Counted from the stretch's first letter, positions 45,403-55,572 are shown. The stretch: DNA of 64,000 nt from Candidatus Saccharimonadales bacterium (GCA_038257245.1 JBBSJL010000001.1:23776-87775); one strand, 5' to 3'. The notes: a model not told the origin generated them from the sequence alone. Numbers and translations are program-made.

Positions 45403-46686
45403 CTACAAAGCGATATTATTGGGGCTATTTGGGTCGCTTGATTCGGGAGCCTCAGCGACTGGTGTTTCGGTTGCTGCTGGCTGTTCAGTCGGAGCAGTAG
45501 CAGTTGCGGCGTTGCCATTTATTGTTCCGTCTTCAGAAATATTGATATTTGCAGCTTCAGTTTCTGGGGCGCTTGGTTGTGGAAGATCTACAGCAGGGCC
45601 ACTGTTGGCTTGAGCATTTTTAAGTTCCTCTTGTTGTAATAAGGCATTCAGGTCCGGTCCGGTTGAGTTGAGGTCGTTTATAGGGGTTATTACTTTCTTT
45701 GACGCAGCTGGTGAGTTTTGGTTAGCTACAGGGTTTGGTGCAGGAGTTTCTGGTGTAGTGTCCGTTGTGGTAGGTGTGTGTTCAGGAGCAATGGCTTGGG
45801 GCTGAGCTCCAGTTTCTGTAGCTGGTTTATCGAGTAAATCGTTAACTGCATCAGCTAGTTTTGCAGCATTGTCGGCTGCAGCTGTCGTTGCATCTTGTGG
45901 TTCTTCAGCTACTGCAATCTCTTCTACAGGATCAGGGTTAGTTTCGGGCTCTGGTGGTGACGCTACAGGAGTAGGTGTTGGCTTGGGCTCTTCTGCTGGC
46001 TCAGTTGTCTTGGCGTTCTCTACAAAATTATTTATTTGGTCTTCAATTTTTTTCCCCTGATCTTGACTCGATTCACTCAATTGTTGTTCGTCAGGTTGAT
46101 CGTCGTTAGTTACTGGGTCTGTAGCTGGGGGCTGGGCTGGCTCAGATACAGGAGCAGGCATAGCGGTTACTGATGGGGTGTCTTGTTGATCGGTATCGGT
46201 ACTATCTGAGTTATCGGTTGCAGTCGTGTTAGACTCATCTACCACGGGCTGTGGCATAGGGTCTGGGCTGGCGGCAGGTACAGGATCTGGGCTACCAGTC
46301 TGGGCAGCCGGTGCTGCTTCACCAGAAAGAACTTCCCGGGCAACTGCTGCCACATCTTCAAGTGTAACTTGGGATTTGACCAAGTATCGGTCGGCACCAA
46401 GTTTATCAGCGCGCTCTTTATCTTCGGCCTGTGACAAAGCTGTCATCATAATTATTTTGGTATTCTTGGTTTCTGGGGTTGTGCGAAGAATATCTAGCAT
46501 ATCAAAACCGCTTATCTTAGGCATCATTACATCAGAGATAATAAGATCTGGTTTTTCCTTTACTGCTAATGCTAGCGCCTCTTCACCGTCTTTTGCCGAT
46601 ACAATTTCATAACCTTCTGCGATTAAACGTGCTTCGTAAATTTCTCGTAGATTGTTGTCGTCTTCGACTAACATTATTTTTGACAT
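45403..46686 (-). CDS. response regulator: receiver domain + ~300-aa acidic P/T/A/E-rich low-complexity tail
   Basis: The receiver (VEDDNN, DLIISDVMMP, MMTA, RYLVKS) is ~60 % identical by eye to 7131-7514. The remainder is low-complexity (PDPVPAASPDPMPQP..., TPTPVASPPEPETNPDP...). No output domain recognised. Confidence 0.8.
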   Translation of the reverse strand: MSKIMLVEDDNNLREIYEARLIAEGYEIVSAKDGEEALALAVKEKPDLIISDVMMPKISGFDMLDILRTTPETKNTKIIMMTALSQAEDKERADKLGADRYLVKSQVTLEDVAAVAREVLSGEAAPAAQTGSPDPVPAASPDPMPQPVVDESNTTATDNSDSTDTDQQDTPSVTAMPAPVSEPAQPPATDPVTNDDQPDEQQLSESSQDQGKKIEDQINNFVENAKTTEPAEEPKPTPTPVASPPEPETNPDPVEEIAVAEEPQDATTAAADNAAKLADAVNDLLDKPATETGAQPQAIAPEHTPTTTDTTPETPAPNPVANQNSPAASKKVITPINDLNSTGPDLNALLQQEELKNAQANSGPAVDLPQPSAPETEAANINISEDGTINGNAATATAPTEQPAATETPVAEAPESSDPNSPNNIAL

Positions 46687-46766
46687 ATATCTTACCTATT
46701 ACCCCTTGTTATAGTGCTTATGTTACTTGTTAGTAATTGTATCATAACTTATCCCCCAGTGTTCTT

Positions 46767-48497
46767 TTATACATTTAGTTGCGGGTTTGCTGCTTCGGCT
46801 GTTTGCAGCTCCTTAGCCTGTAGTGAACTAATTCTAGGTAGATTGATATAGAATGTGCTTCCCTTGTCGACCTCACTATCCACCCAGATTCTTCCGCCAT
46901 AGATTTGTACGATTTTTTGGCAAATAAATAATCCAAGTCCAGTTCCTCCAACGGTTCGTGTGCTAGAATTATCGACTCGATAAAACTTTTGGAATAGGTG
47001 TGGGACGTCCTCTTTTGGAATGCCTGGGCCAGTGTCACGAATGTAGAACTGTATGACATCGGGGTTTCCAGTTAAGCCGATCGATATCTTGCCATTCTCG
47101 GTGTACTTCACGGCGTTATCGAACAAATTAGTAATAACTTCACGTAATCTATCGGGATCGGCGTAGGTATAGTAAAGCGGTGTAATTACTTTCTTGCCAG
47201 CACTCGCGTCGTTAGATTTGTTGCTTGTACCGATAGTAAACTCGACCAATAGGCCTTTCTTTTCGGCAGTAAACCTAAGCGAGTCAGCGACCTGCTCAAG
47301 GAATACTCCCATATCAATTGCTGCCGGGTGGCTAACTAATCGGCCGTCTTCTGCTTTGGCGCTAGTAAGCAAGTCCTGAAATAATTGCCCTAAGTGTTGT
47401 GTGCTGGAGTGGGCCTTTTCTAGATAACTCCTAGCCTTGACGTCGATATTGCTAACCTTATCATTCAGGGCAAGGGCTAAGTAACCTTCGATGGCTGCTA
47501 CTGGTGTACGCATTTCGTGGCTTGCTGTACTAATAAAATCAGCTCGGCGTTGTTCTTCGGCTTTCGCATTGCTAACATCGCGGATAACTGCAACCGTTCC
47601 AGCAAGTTCATTAGATTTATCAATAATGACTGGAGACACAACAAACGAAACGACGTGAGTTTTTTTGTCTCTGGCAGCAAGATTGTAGGTATTGCTCGTG
47701 GCTTGCCTATGAGCGATTACCATCGAGAAAGGATTAATATTACTAGGTATGTCTTCATCAAGTTCGTTTTTTATATTAACCACGTTATGGACGTTTATCC
47801 CAAGTGCTTCTTCTACGGGCCAGCCTGTTAGAACTGCGGCAGTTGAGTTCATGTTGTTAATATTGCCATCAGTATCGGTCACAATAACACCGTCGGCTAT
47901 AGACTGAATGAGGATCTCGGATTGTAGTTGTTTGTTTTTTAACGCCCCCGACAGTTTAGAAATTTGGGCGTTGGTTTTTAGGTCATAATAACGACGAAAA
48001 ACGAGGTAGCTAAGTATGCCTATGAGATAAGATCCGAAAAGACCTAGCATACTGAGAGTGCTTACTTCAAAAACACCTTCAGAGGAAGTTGACGACAAAA
48101 TAAAGTAAAGCGAAATCACAAAACACATACCGGTGATGGCGTATGTACCAAAAAGGCCACTAAACAAAGCTAGAGCAAGCCAAGAAATCATATAGATTGA
48201 GCTAAATTCGCCAGTCGTGTGTACGAGGCTGAGGATAGTCAAACATTGTAGGAGATAAAGTATTAGGGTTGCCTGCCAGGCATTTGCATGTGCAACCTCT
48301 CTCTTGTATATAAATACAATGTAAACTAGTTGCATTAGTGCAAAGCCGAGGGTCATGTAGGTTAGGGCTGATTCCTGGCTGTCTAAAATGTATTGGGGGG
48401 CAAACTGATTAACTGAGCTCACCAATGCAAGTGCAGCCGCTAAAACTAACGAAACGCGACTATACAAAAGATACCACCGGTCAGAAACAGATTGCAT
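46767..48497 (-). CDS. sensor histidine kinase (multi-TM N-terminus, PAS, HisKA, HATPase_c)
   Basis: 576 aa. ~6 N-terminal TM helices, PAS-like segment (IADGVIVTDTDGNI), H-box STASHEMRTPVAAI, N box NLFDNAVKYT, G boxes DTGPGI / GTGLGL. Confidence 0.9.
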   Translation of the reverse strand: MQSVSDRWYLLYSRVSLVLAAALALVSSVNQFAPQYILDSQESALTYMTLGFALMQLVYIVFIYKREVAHANAWQATLILYLLQCLTILSLVHTTGEFSSIYMISWLALALFSGLFGTYAITGMCFVISLYFILSSTSSEGVFEVSTLSMLGLFGSYLIGILSYLVFRRYYDLKTNAQISKLSGALKNKQLQSEILIQSIADGVIVTDTDGNINNMNSTAAVLTGWPVEEALGINVHNVVNIKNELDEDIPSNINPFSMVIAHRQATSNTYNLAARDKKTHVVSFVVSPVIIDKSNELAGTVAVIRDVSNAKAEEQRRADFISTASHEMRTPVAAIEGYLALALNDKVSNIDVKARSYLEKAHSSTQHLGQLFQDLLTSAKAEDGRLVSHPAAIDMGVFLEQVADSLRFTAEKKGLLVEFTIGTSNKSNDASAGKKVITPLYYTYADPDRLREVITNLFDNAVKYTENGKISIGLTGNPDVIQFYIRDTGPGIPKEDVPHLFQKFYRVDNSSTRTVGGTGLGLFICQKIVQIYGGRIWVDSEVDKGSTFYINLPRISSLQAKELQTAEAANPQLNV

Positions 48498-48613
48498 GCT
48501 CCTTGTGATTATAACTAAATGCTTATGTTTGTGCTAGTCTAAGATGGATCTTTCTTCCCTGTTATGTTACTATTTTTGTGTTCCGTCAATATACGACAAG
48601 TTTTTAGTAACAC

Positions 48614-48689
48614 GGTCCCGTCGTCTAGTGGTTAGGATATCTGGTTCTCATCCAGAAGATCGCGGGTTCGAATCCCGCCGGGATCACCA
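48614..48689 (+). tRNA. tRNA-Glu (anticodon CUC), CCA encoded
   Basis: Cloverleaf folded by hand: acceptor GGTCCCG/CGGGATC, D-arm GTCT..AGGA, anticodon stem TCTGG/CCAGA with loop TTCTCAT, T-arm GCGGG-TTCGAAT-CCCGC, then A-CCA. Confidence 0.9.
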
Positions 48690-48700
48690 TGATTGTATAC

Positions 48701-49891
48701 TTAGGCTGCTTTTAATACTTTACCGGGGGTTCGAACAGCTTTGCTGACTATGCTTATGCCTGGTCCTCGGGTGACTTTACCGATTCGTTTTGCGGATATT
48801 CCCTGTTTGGCTGCTTCGTCTTTTAGTCTCTCGCCGTCACTCCCGTCGATTGCTAATATATATCCTTGCCCACCGTGCCATGTGGTGTATGATTCTTCAT
48901 CGCTCATTGGACGAAGAGTTCCGTCTGGGTTTTCTACTTCAGTTATTTCTTGCGCATGCTGTAAAATATCTGGAACTTCGAAGGGGTCGTAAATATGCGC
49001 GCCAAGTTGAGTCGCTTCGAGCATTCTGCCCAGCTTCTCCCAAATTGAGCCACCTGAAACATGTGCAACGCCGTGAATATCAACTTTTTCTTTTACCTCA
49101 ATCTTGTAACCACCAGTCAGAGTTGTCATAAGACCGGAGTAAATAGTGGAAGGAGTGACAGCGAGTTCGCCAAGTGTAGTATCTTTGAACTTCTCAGTTT
49201 CCCACCGGTTTCCGTAGACTTTTTCAAACGTCTTACGTATTCGCGAAATACCATTACATCTTGCACTTATAGGTTCAGCAAATCCCCAAAGCTCATCGTT
49301 TTCCTGGACACGCTCTCCGGTAATCATTCGGTCTTGGTGTACTAAGCCAACCGCATCACCAATCCAGTCCACAGAGAAATCTCTTCTTCCCTGTAGTCTA
49401 GCTCCATGAACAGCGATTTCGCCAGTAAACAATACCGCTTTTGCATCATTTGCGCCTTCAGCAAGACCTTGGAAAAGTTGGTCAATGTAATGCAGATAGT
49501 CATCGCCAGGTTCGCCCAAAGTACTCACGATGAGAGCGTTATTGATAAACACGGTCTGCCCGCCCTCAACCGGGTTGTCGTCTGCCGCCATTGCAACCAA
49601 ATCTTTACCTAGCCCAAAAAAGTTACCGTTTCCTTCATAAAAGTCGGGTTTCGTGCCTGTTCCATCAATACCTGACGTCCCGTAAACATCTGGACGGTTT
49701 CTTATTTCGTCAAAATTTAGATACTTTGATGCAGAAAAGCGAGTGTCAAATGAAATTGGTTCGCCGAATTCACCTGCCCTGTTTGCCCAAGTTGTTTGAC
49801 ACCAGTCCGCGGCTATTTGTGAGGCTGCATTACTTAAACCTAAGTCAACTCCAGCCTGTCTGTAGGCTTCCATTCTGTCTAACTCTGCCAT
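48701..49891 (-). CDS. purM: AIR synthase (PurM)-family protein, divergent and extended (396 aa)
   Basis: Collinear with E. coli PurM: YRQAGVDL, GIDGTGTK, DLVAMAADD, GLAEGA...TGEIA, HVSGGSIWEKL. Confidence 0.75.
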   Translation of the reverse strand: MAELDRMEAYRQAGVDLGLSNAASQIAADWCQTTWANRAGEFGEPISFDTRFSASKYLNFDEIRNRPDVYGTSGIDGTGTKPDFYEGNGNFFGLGKDLVAMAADDNPVEGGQTVFINNALIVSTLGEPGDDYLHYIDQLFQGLAEGANDAKAVLFTGEIAVHGARLQGRRDFSVDWIGDAVGLVHQDRMITGERVQENDELWGFAEPISARCNGISRIRKTFEKVYGNRWETEKFKDTTLGELAVTPSTIYSGLMTTLTGGYKIEVKEKVDIHGVAHVSGGSIWEKLGRMLEATQLGAHIYDPFEVPDILQHAQEITEVENPDGTLRPMSDEESYTTWHGGQGYILAIDGSDGERLKDEAAKQGISAKRIGKVTRGPGISIVSKAVRTPGKVLKAA

Positions 49892-50697
49892 TACATCTCC
49901 TTTGCGTAGTTAACCGCACCTTGAATTATTTTCGCTGCAAAATCCTCTGCAAATATAGTCTCAGGACGACGCCAGTTTGGATGATGCTCGCGTCGAGTAA
50001 AGCGTTCGTCGTGGGGCATCATCCCAAAAACAATCTCATTCGGACTGCAAGTCCCTGCGATGCCAAGTGGCGAACCGTTCGGGTTATCAGGATGTTCTTC
50101 GGTAGGGTTGCCGTTGCTGTCACAGTAGCGTAGAACTACCTGCTTGCTCAGAACTAGTTCGGCGTAATCGTTCGGATCACGGGCTACTATACGACCTTCA
50201 GCATGGGCTACCGGAAGCTCGATGATACGACCAACATCTTCCTTTGGAATAAAAGGACAAACCGTATCTTCAACACGTGCCTTAACCCAGCGACACTCAA
50301 ATTTCATATTCGCATTACGATCAAGTGTAAATGTAGGCTTGTCATCAGGATCAATGCGCCCATGTTGCAAAAGACCAGATTCGAGAAGGATTTGGTTACC
50401 ATTACAGTTACCTAATACTGGTTTTCTAGCTTCAACAAAAGCGTTTAGCTGATCGGCAACAATGGATGTTCTCATATCGCTGGCGGCTATCGCACCGGCA
50501 CGAATGATATCACCGTAGCTGAACCCGCCGGGCACGAACAGACCTTGCAAGTTATCAATCCTAACTTCGCCACTCTTTACGTCGGCAATGTGAACGAATT
50601 GTGCTGCTGCTCCTGCCTGGTTTAGCGTATCGAAAGTTTCCGCCTCACAGTTGATTCCTGGGAATAGTAGGACTCCAAATTCTGGACTTCTGCTCAT
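49891..50697 (-). CDS. purQ: FGAM synthase glutaminase subunit (PurQ)
   Basis: FGVLLFPGINCEAET, VPGGFSYGD, catalytic Cys context LGNCNGNQIL, C-terminal HPNW. ATG 50697 overlaps the purL TGA (ATGA). The stop overlaps the purM ATG. Confidence 0.8.
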   Translation of the reverse strand: MSRSPEFGVLLFPGINCEAETFDTLNQAGAAAQFVHIADVKSGEVRIDNLQGLFVPGGFSYGDIIRAGAIAASDMRTSIVADQLNAFVEARKPVLGNCNGNQILLESGLLQHGRIDPDDKPTFTLDRNANMKFECRWVKARVEDTVCPFIPKEDVGRIIELPVAHAEGRIVARDPNDYAELVLSKQVVLRYCDSNGNPTEEHPDNPNGSPLGIAGTCSPNEIVFGMMPHDERFTRREHHPNWRRPETIFAEDFAAKIIQGAVNYAKEM

Positions 50698-53540
50698 GCT
50701 AGGGCCTCTTGATTTGTTGCTTTCCACACTTGTTTTAGTTCATCGACCGAGTCACTGAACAGTTGCCCTGTGCCTTCCTGTTCAATGTACAGGAACTTGT
50801 CTGGTTGAGTCGTACCAATGACTTGGTGAGGTATATTACCGAGGAGCTCTGCAATATGCGCATCTGCAGGAACTTCGATCACAAGCGCAGGCGTCTCGTT
50901 AAAGAGTACTCGCTCTAGTGGTGAATTGCCGTCGAAGTTTAGCGTAGCACCGCAGTCACCCCCGAACAGCATTTTACTAACGGTGGTTGCTAGTCCGCCC
51001 TTGCCAACAACACCACACGATAGTACGTGTTGTGGCCGAATAACTTCGTGCATATGGGTATAAAATTCCATATCGCTCATGCCATGATCAGCTCTGGGTA
51101 CTTTAGCACTGGAACCGTCGTAAATATCGTACAGAATTGAACCGCCCATTGCATCAAGGTCCTGTTGCCCCACTAATACAAGTGTAGAATCAGTGCGCTT
51201 TATATCAGTGCTCGTGGTTTCTTTGATATCGTTAGTAAACGTAACACCGCCTAGGCCGAGGTAATAAGGGTTCTTGATCACATTGCCTTTTTCATCAGTG
51301 TGTTCGCCAGAACAGCTATCCTTGCCTGTAAACGGTGCAGTTCCCATGCCGTCCAATTTATCTAGAAGAGTATCAACCGAAAGAAGTAATGTTCCCATAA
51401 CTTGTTCATTTGGGCGCGGTGAGATGTAGTTGTTGTTACCTTTTACTTGCCTTGGGTCGCCACCAACAGCCACGATGCGTCCGAACAAGTCATCGACCAC
51501 CCACTCAGTTCCACGGATAGGATCTAGATCTGTTAGTGCCGGATGAGCACTTTGCGCAAATACTATTCCACCGTCTTGACCCAGTATAGGTGCCAGCACT
51601 GTCGCATAGTTTGGACTATCCATGTGGATACCAGTGAACGGCTTCAGTACATTCATGCCTTGTACTTCATGATCGAACTGGCGAATAGCCGGTTCTGTTG
51701 AAGAAATATCATCATGAGCTAGCACTCGTCGCAACGCATCAACATAGTTGCTGACTTCAATCGAACGCTCCTCAACTTCAGGAGGTACATAGTTGGCTAC
51801 ATACTCTAATGGAGGCAGCGCGTTTTTGATAAAATCGTATTCCCAATCAGAAACAACATCGTCTCCTGATGTGATTGTATAGCGAGGACAATCGCCGCCG
51901 TTTCCAAATACACCAATTGCAGTAGCTTCAGAATCGTGTTTTGCAAATATGGCTATCACAGCCTCAACATGCTCAGGTGCAACGGCTAGTACAGCACGTT
52001 CCTGAGATTCACTTATGATTTTATAATCAACCTCAAAATCAGCTGCCTTGAGCGGCAACTTATCTGCGTCCCAAATAACACCTATCTCATTACCGAGTTC
52101 GCCTGCGGCTAATCCAACACCACCTGCTCCACAATCTGTTCCTGCCCGAATGTAGCCCAGTCGGGAAGCTTCTAAGACAGCGTCTATCATCTTCTCTTCT
52201 TCATATGCCCCCGGTTTTTGGACCTCGCTGGTGTCAGCAAGAGTCTCTGTGTTCGATGCGGCGGAAGACCCTGTCGCTCCACCGACACCATCCATGCCAG
52301 TACGTCCTCCAATAACGAACAGCACATCACCTGCTACGGGAGATTCCTCTGTTGATCTTCCGACTTCACCGAGCCCTATAGAAATACCCTTGAACATAGG
52401 TTTAGCTGAGTAGCCTTGATGGTGATGTACTGCAATATCAACCGTTCCAACACCAATGCGATTACCATACTTACTAACTGCACTTACGGCGCGCCGAAAT
52501 ATTTGTAGTGGCGTTTGTAGTCCTCGAGGTAGCTGTTCTTTTTTGAGCTCGAGTGCGCCGATACCTAAACTAACGACAGTTGCAATGGGCTTGAAACCCT
52601 TTCCGGTCATTAGAATGTCACGGATCAGACCACCAACACCAGTAGCAACACCGCCCTCCGCTTCGATCAATGTTGGATGGTTATGAGTCTCACCCTTAAT
52701 ATTAACGGCAAGCTGTTTCCCGTCTTTATAGAACGGTGTTCGAAATACTGCAGAGTTGCCATCAAATGCCTGTTCAACTCCCTGCTGTTCGTAGTGTTTC
52801 TTTGCTCGATCCTTAATCCTGCCAAACAACGAACGAGCCTTCTCTCCATTCACAATTAGATCAGCACCAAATGTTTCATGCCGGCAATGATCACTCCAGA
52901 ACGGACCCATTAGGCGTAGACCAGCCTCGGGGCTTATTCCGCCAGTTTTATGGCTTTCACGCTGGAGGGCTTGCATCTTTACGAGAGACAGACCGTATTT
53001 TCTAGAATCTGACAGCTGCATTAGCTCGTTATCAGTCATCATACTAAGATTGATTTGCTCGGTTGGTTTTGCTCTGGACTCTGGAGTCAAGCTACGAGGA
53101 GCTTGCTCACGAACTTCTTGGATTTCCTTATTAACAAGCTGCTCTTTCACTACTCGACCTATTGATTCAATCGGTGTGTCTGGACTAAATCGTACTTCAG
53201 TTCCGAGTGCTAAATTGGTAACAGGTATTCCTAGTCGTTTTGCAGCTGTTCGAATGGGCTCAATGTCAGAGTTGATCATTCCTTCGCGGTCAGTGATTTC
53301 TACCCTAAGAGGATCGTCCCAGTCTTCACGAGGCCCAACTACTACTTGTTGTGTTACTGGATTTGCCAGTAATCTCTCCCCGAGCTGCAAAGCCTGATCT
53401 TCGCTAATGCCCTCGGCATAGTAGACGTCTGCAGTTGCAGGTGCAGCGACTGTACAGATTTCTGCTGCTTCACGTGCAATTTGTTGACCCCTAACATCGT
53501 CACCGATGTTTTCAACCCGAATCTCAAGAATATCAGCCAT
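50694..53540 (-). CDS. purL: FGAM synthase synthetase subunit (PurL) with two N-terminal PurS-like repeats
   Basis: 948 aa. The PurL core starts around aa 175 (WSDHCRHETF, two PurM-like ATP-grasp halves with GGLIRD / DCGAGG). The first ~170 aa carry two PurS-like units (..ERLLANPVTQQ; ..EQLVNKEIQE). Confidence 0.8.
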   Translation of the reverse strand: MADILEIRVENIGDDVRGQQIAREAAEICTVAAPATADVYYAEGISEDQALQLGERLLANPVTQQVVVGPREDWDDPLRVEITDREGMINSDIEPIRTAAKRLGIPVTNLALGTEVRFSPDTPIESIGRVVKEQLVNKEIQEVREQAPRSLTPESRAKPTEQINLSMMTDNELMQLSDSRKYGLSLVKMQALQRESHKTGGISPEAGLRLMGPFWSDHCRHETFGADLIVNGEKARSLFGRIKDRAKKHYEQQGVEQAFDGNSAVFRTPFYKDGKQLAVNIKGETHNHPTLIEAEGGVATGVGGLIRDILMTGKGFKPIATVVSLGIGALELKKEQLPRGLQTPLQIFRRAVSAVSKYGNRIGVGTVDIAVHHHQGYSAKPMFKGISIGLGEVGRSTEESPVAGDVLFVIGGRTGMDGVGGATGSSAASNTETLADTSEVQKPGAYEEEKMIDAVLEASRLGYIRAGTDCGAGGVGLAAGELGNEIGVIWDADKLPLKAADFEVDYKIISESQERAVLAVAPEHVEAVIAIFAKHDSEATAIGVFGNGGDCPRYTITSGDDVVSDWEYDFIKNALPPLEYVANYVPPEVEERSIEVSNYVDALRRVLAHDDISSTEPAIRQFDHEVQGMNVLKPFTGIHMDSPNYATVLAPILGQDGGIVFAQSAHPALTDLDPIRGTEWVVDDLFGRIVAVGGDPRQVKGNNNYISPRPNEQVMGTLLLSVDTLLDKLDGMGTAPFTGKDSCSGEHTDEKGNVIKNPYYLGLGGVTFTNDIKETTSTDIKRTDSTLVLVGQQDLDAMGGSILYDIYDGSSAKVPRADHGMSDMEFYTHMHEVIRPQHVLSCGVVGKGGLATTVSKMLFGGDCGATLNFDGNSPLERVLFNETPALVIEVPADAHIAELLGNIPHQVIGTTQPDKFLYIEQEGTGQLFSDSVDELKQVWKATNQEALA

Positions 53541-54234
53541 TTACTTCCCCTAATGCTTTATGTATCCAGGTTGGTACCCAAAGTTTCTCCACTCGCATTA
53601 CTTCATTTTTTAATTTATTAACTGTACCGAATTGTTCCCATTCCTGTTGCATTTCTGGAGATACTGTTACTGGTTGATGCCCAATCGAGGCGCCTGTATC
53701 GTATGCGGGTAAGCCATTTTTATCTAATCTCGTATCCATCCAGTGGAACGTGGGGCCGGAATGTTCAAGACCTAGCTGCATAACCTGTTCTTGTACACCA
53801 GTACCGTGAAAGCCCTGAGTTTCTGGTAATGGCCCAGGATGGGTGTTAGCTATCGGGACTTCTTCTAACACTTTCCCGATTATTTTTTTCATAAAGCCCA
53901 ATGCTACAAATATGCTAACGCCATACTCATCTGCAAGTTGGACTAATTTTTCACTTGCTTCGTAGCTAATGGTTCCCTCTACTTCATTTCCATCAATTTC
54001 TGGCAGAGTACAGGCCTTCTCTGTTTTGTTAGATATGTGATGTATTGGTATATCTAGTCTGTCTGCTCTCTCCCATACTCCTGCATTTGAGCTGTTTGGA
54101 CCATTGTTGCATGCGACGAAGGCTATTGTTGTATTTGGTAGCTCGTTTGCACCTATAGCGTCTTGGACTGCCTCGAAGGTACTGCCCCCTCCTGATGCTA
54201 ATACGCCAATTCTAAATTCTGGATTATCGGTCAC
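53533..54234 (-). CDS. purN: GAR transformylase (PurN)-like formyltransferase
   Basis: GTG start after GAGGT. IGVLASGGGSTFEAV, catalytic N/H in IANTHPGPLP, Asp in MDTRLDKNG. ~40-aa C-terminal extension. Confidence 0.7.
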   Translation of the reverse strand: MTDNPEFRIGVLASGGGSTFEAVQDAIGANELPNTTIAFVACNNGPNSSNAGVWERADRLDIPIHHISNKTEKACTLPEIDGNEVEGTISYEASEKLVQLADEYGVSIFVALGFMKKIIGKVLEEVPIANTHPGPLPETQGFHGTGVQEQVMQLGLEHSGPTFHWMDTRLDKNGLPAYDTGASIGHQPVTVSPEMQQEWEQFGTVNKLKNEVMRVEKLWVPTWIHKALGEVNG

Positions 54235-54291
54235 TGTCTACCTCGTTTTAGTTATTTTCGCAGGCAGCAAATATAAACGCAAGCATAAGCG

Positions 54292-55572
54292 TTAACGGAT
54301 TTTTACTTTGGGGAGTTCATCCCAGTGTGTAACGTAGCGGGGGCTACGTAGTAGGTATTTGGGTTGCCACTTGTCCCCCAACTTTTCAGCCGCGTAACCA
54401 ATATGCTCTTTGCCAAACCGTTCGTTGATGTTGTCGATAGTCTGCATACGTCGATTCGATCTATTAATCGCTTGGGGTTTGACATCACCTAGCAAATCTA
54501 TTTGGACTAGGTCTTGTGGAACGAAATCGTAAAGACATATACCAGCGCGGTGGTAGTAGGCAGAAGAACTGAATATTTCTTCTAGAGCATTAACAACAGC
54601 TTTTATTAGGGTACCAGTATCATTTGTAGGGGCTGATAGTTTAATTTCTGTTTGCCATGTCTTGTACCCGGGTTTATGTCTGTTACTAGTCATAAAAATA
54701 CTGATACGTTTGGCTACTTGCTTACTTTTACGTAGCTGCTGACTAGCGCGTACAACAAAACTAGCTATAGCAGATTCCATAACATCAAAACTGTTGGTAT
54801 CTTCACCAAACGTTCTGGTTCGGGCGATACTTTTGCAGGGTTTACCAATTATTTCCAAAGGCAAGCATGGTATACCCTTTAGCTCGCTAATCATCTGTGC
54901 CCCATGAACTCCCACAATGCTTCTAGCCAGCTCTGGGCGCATTCTAGATAGGTCTAGGGCAGTCAATACGCCAGTAGCTTGGAGCTGTGGTGCTAATCTT
55001 CTACCCACGCCCCATACTTCGCCTACAGCCATTTTAGATAATGCTTCTGTTTGTAATGCCTGACCCTGCAAGTTTACAACGCCATTTGAACCAGAGGTTT
55101 TCTTGGCTTGCTCGGCGGCTAGTTTTGCCAGGGTTTTGGTAGGAGCTATACCAATCGACACAGGTACTCCCACCCATTCGAGGATCTTTTGCCTTAGAGT
55201 TGTTCCCCACTCCTCGTAACTTTGTATGTCTAGCTGGCTGAGATCCAGAAAAGATTCATCTACTGAATAGACTTCTATGCGAGGAGTGACTGACGATAAT
55301 ATGCCAATGATACGTCGAGATATATCGCTGTAAAGCGAAAAGTTAGCCGAAAATGAAATGACATTGTTTTTCTGAAAGACGCTTCGATATTTGAAGGCGG
55401 GAGCTCCCATTGGTATGCCTAGGGCTTTGGCCTCATTGCTGCGCGCCACAGCGCAACCATCATTGCTAGACAGCACAACTACGGGTTTGCCTTCCAGGTC
55501 AGGGCGGAATATACGCTCACAGCTGACAAAGAAGTTGTTGCAGTCCACCAGCGCAAAAACAGGTGTATTCAT
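54292..55572 (-). CDS. umuC: Y-family translesion DNA polymerase (UmuC-like)
   Basis: FALVDCNNFFVSCERIFRPDLEGKPVVVLSSNDGCAVARS is the UmuC/DinB N-terminal signature. SVDESFLD catalytic motif. Confidence 0.9.
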   Translation of the reverse strand: MNTPVFALVDCNNFFVSCERIFRPDLEGKPVVVLSSNDGCAVARSNEAKALGIPMGAPAFKYRSVFQKNNVISFSANFSLYSDISRRIIGILSSVTPRIEVYSVDESFLDLSQLDIQSYEEWGTTLRQKILEWVGVPVSIGIAPTKTLAKLAAEQAKKTSGSNGVVNLQGQALQTEALSKMAVGEVWGVGRRLAPQLQATGVLTALDLSRMRPELARSIVGVHGAQMISELKGIPCLPLEIIGKPCKSIARTRTFGEDTNSFDVMESAIASFVVRASQQLRKSKQVAKRISIFMTSNRHKPGYKTWQTEIKLSAPTNDTGTLIKAVVNALEEIFSSSAYYHRAGICLYDFVPQDLVQIDLLGDVKPQAINRSNRRMQTIDNINERFGKEHIGYAAEKLGDKWQPKYLLRSPRYVTHWDELPKVKIR

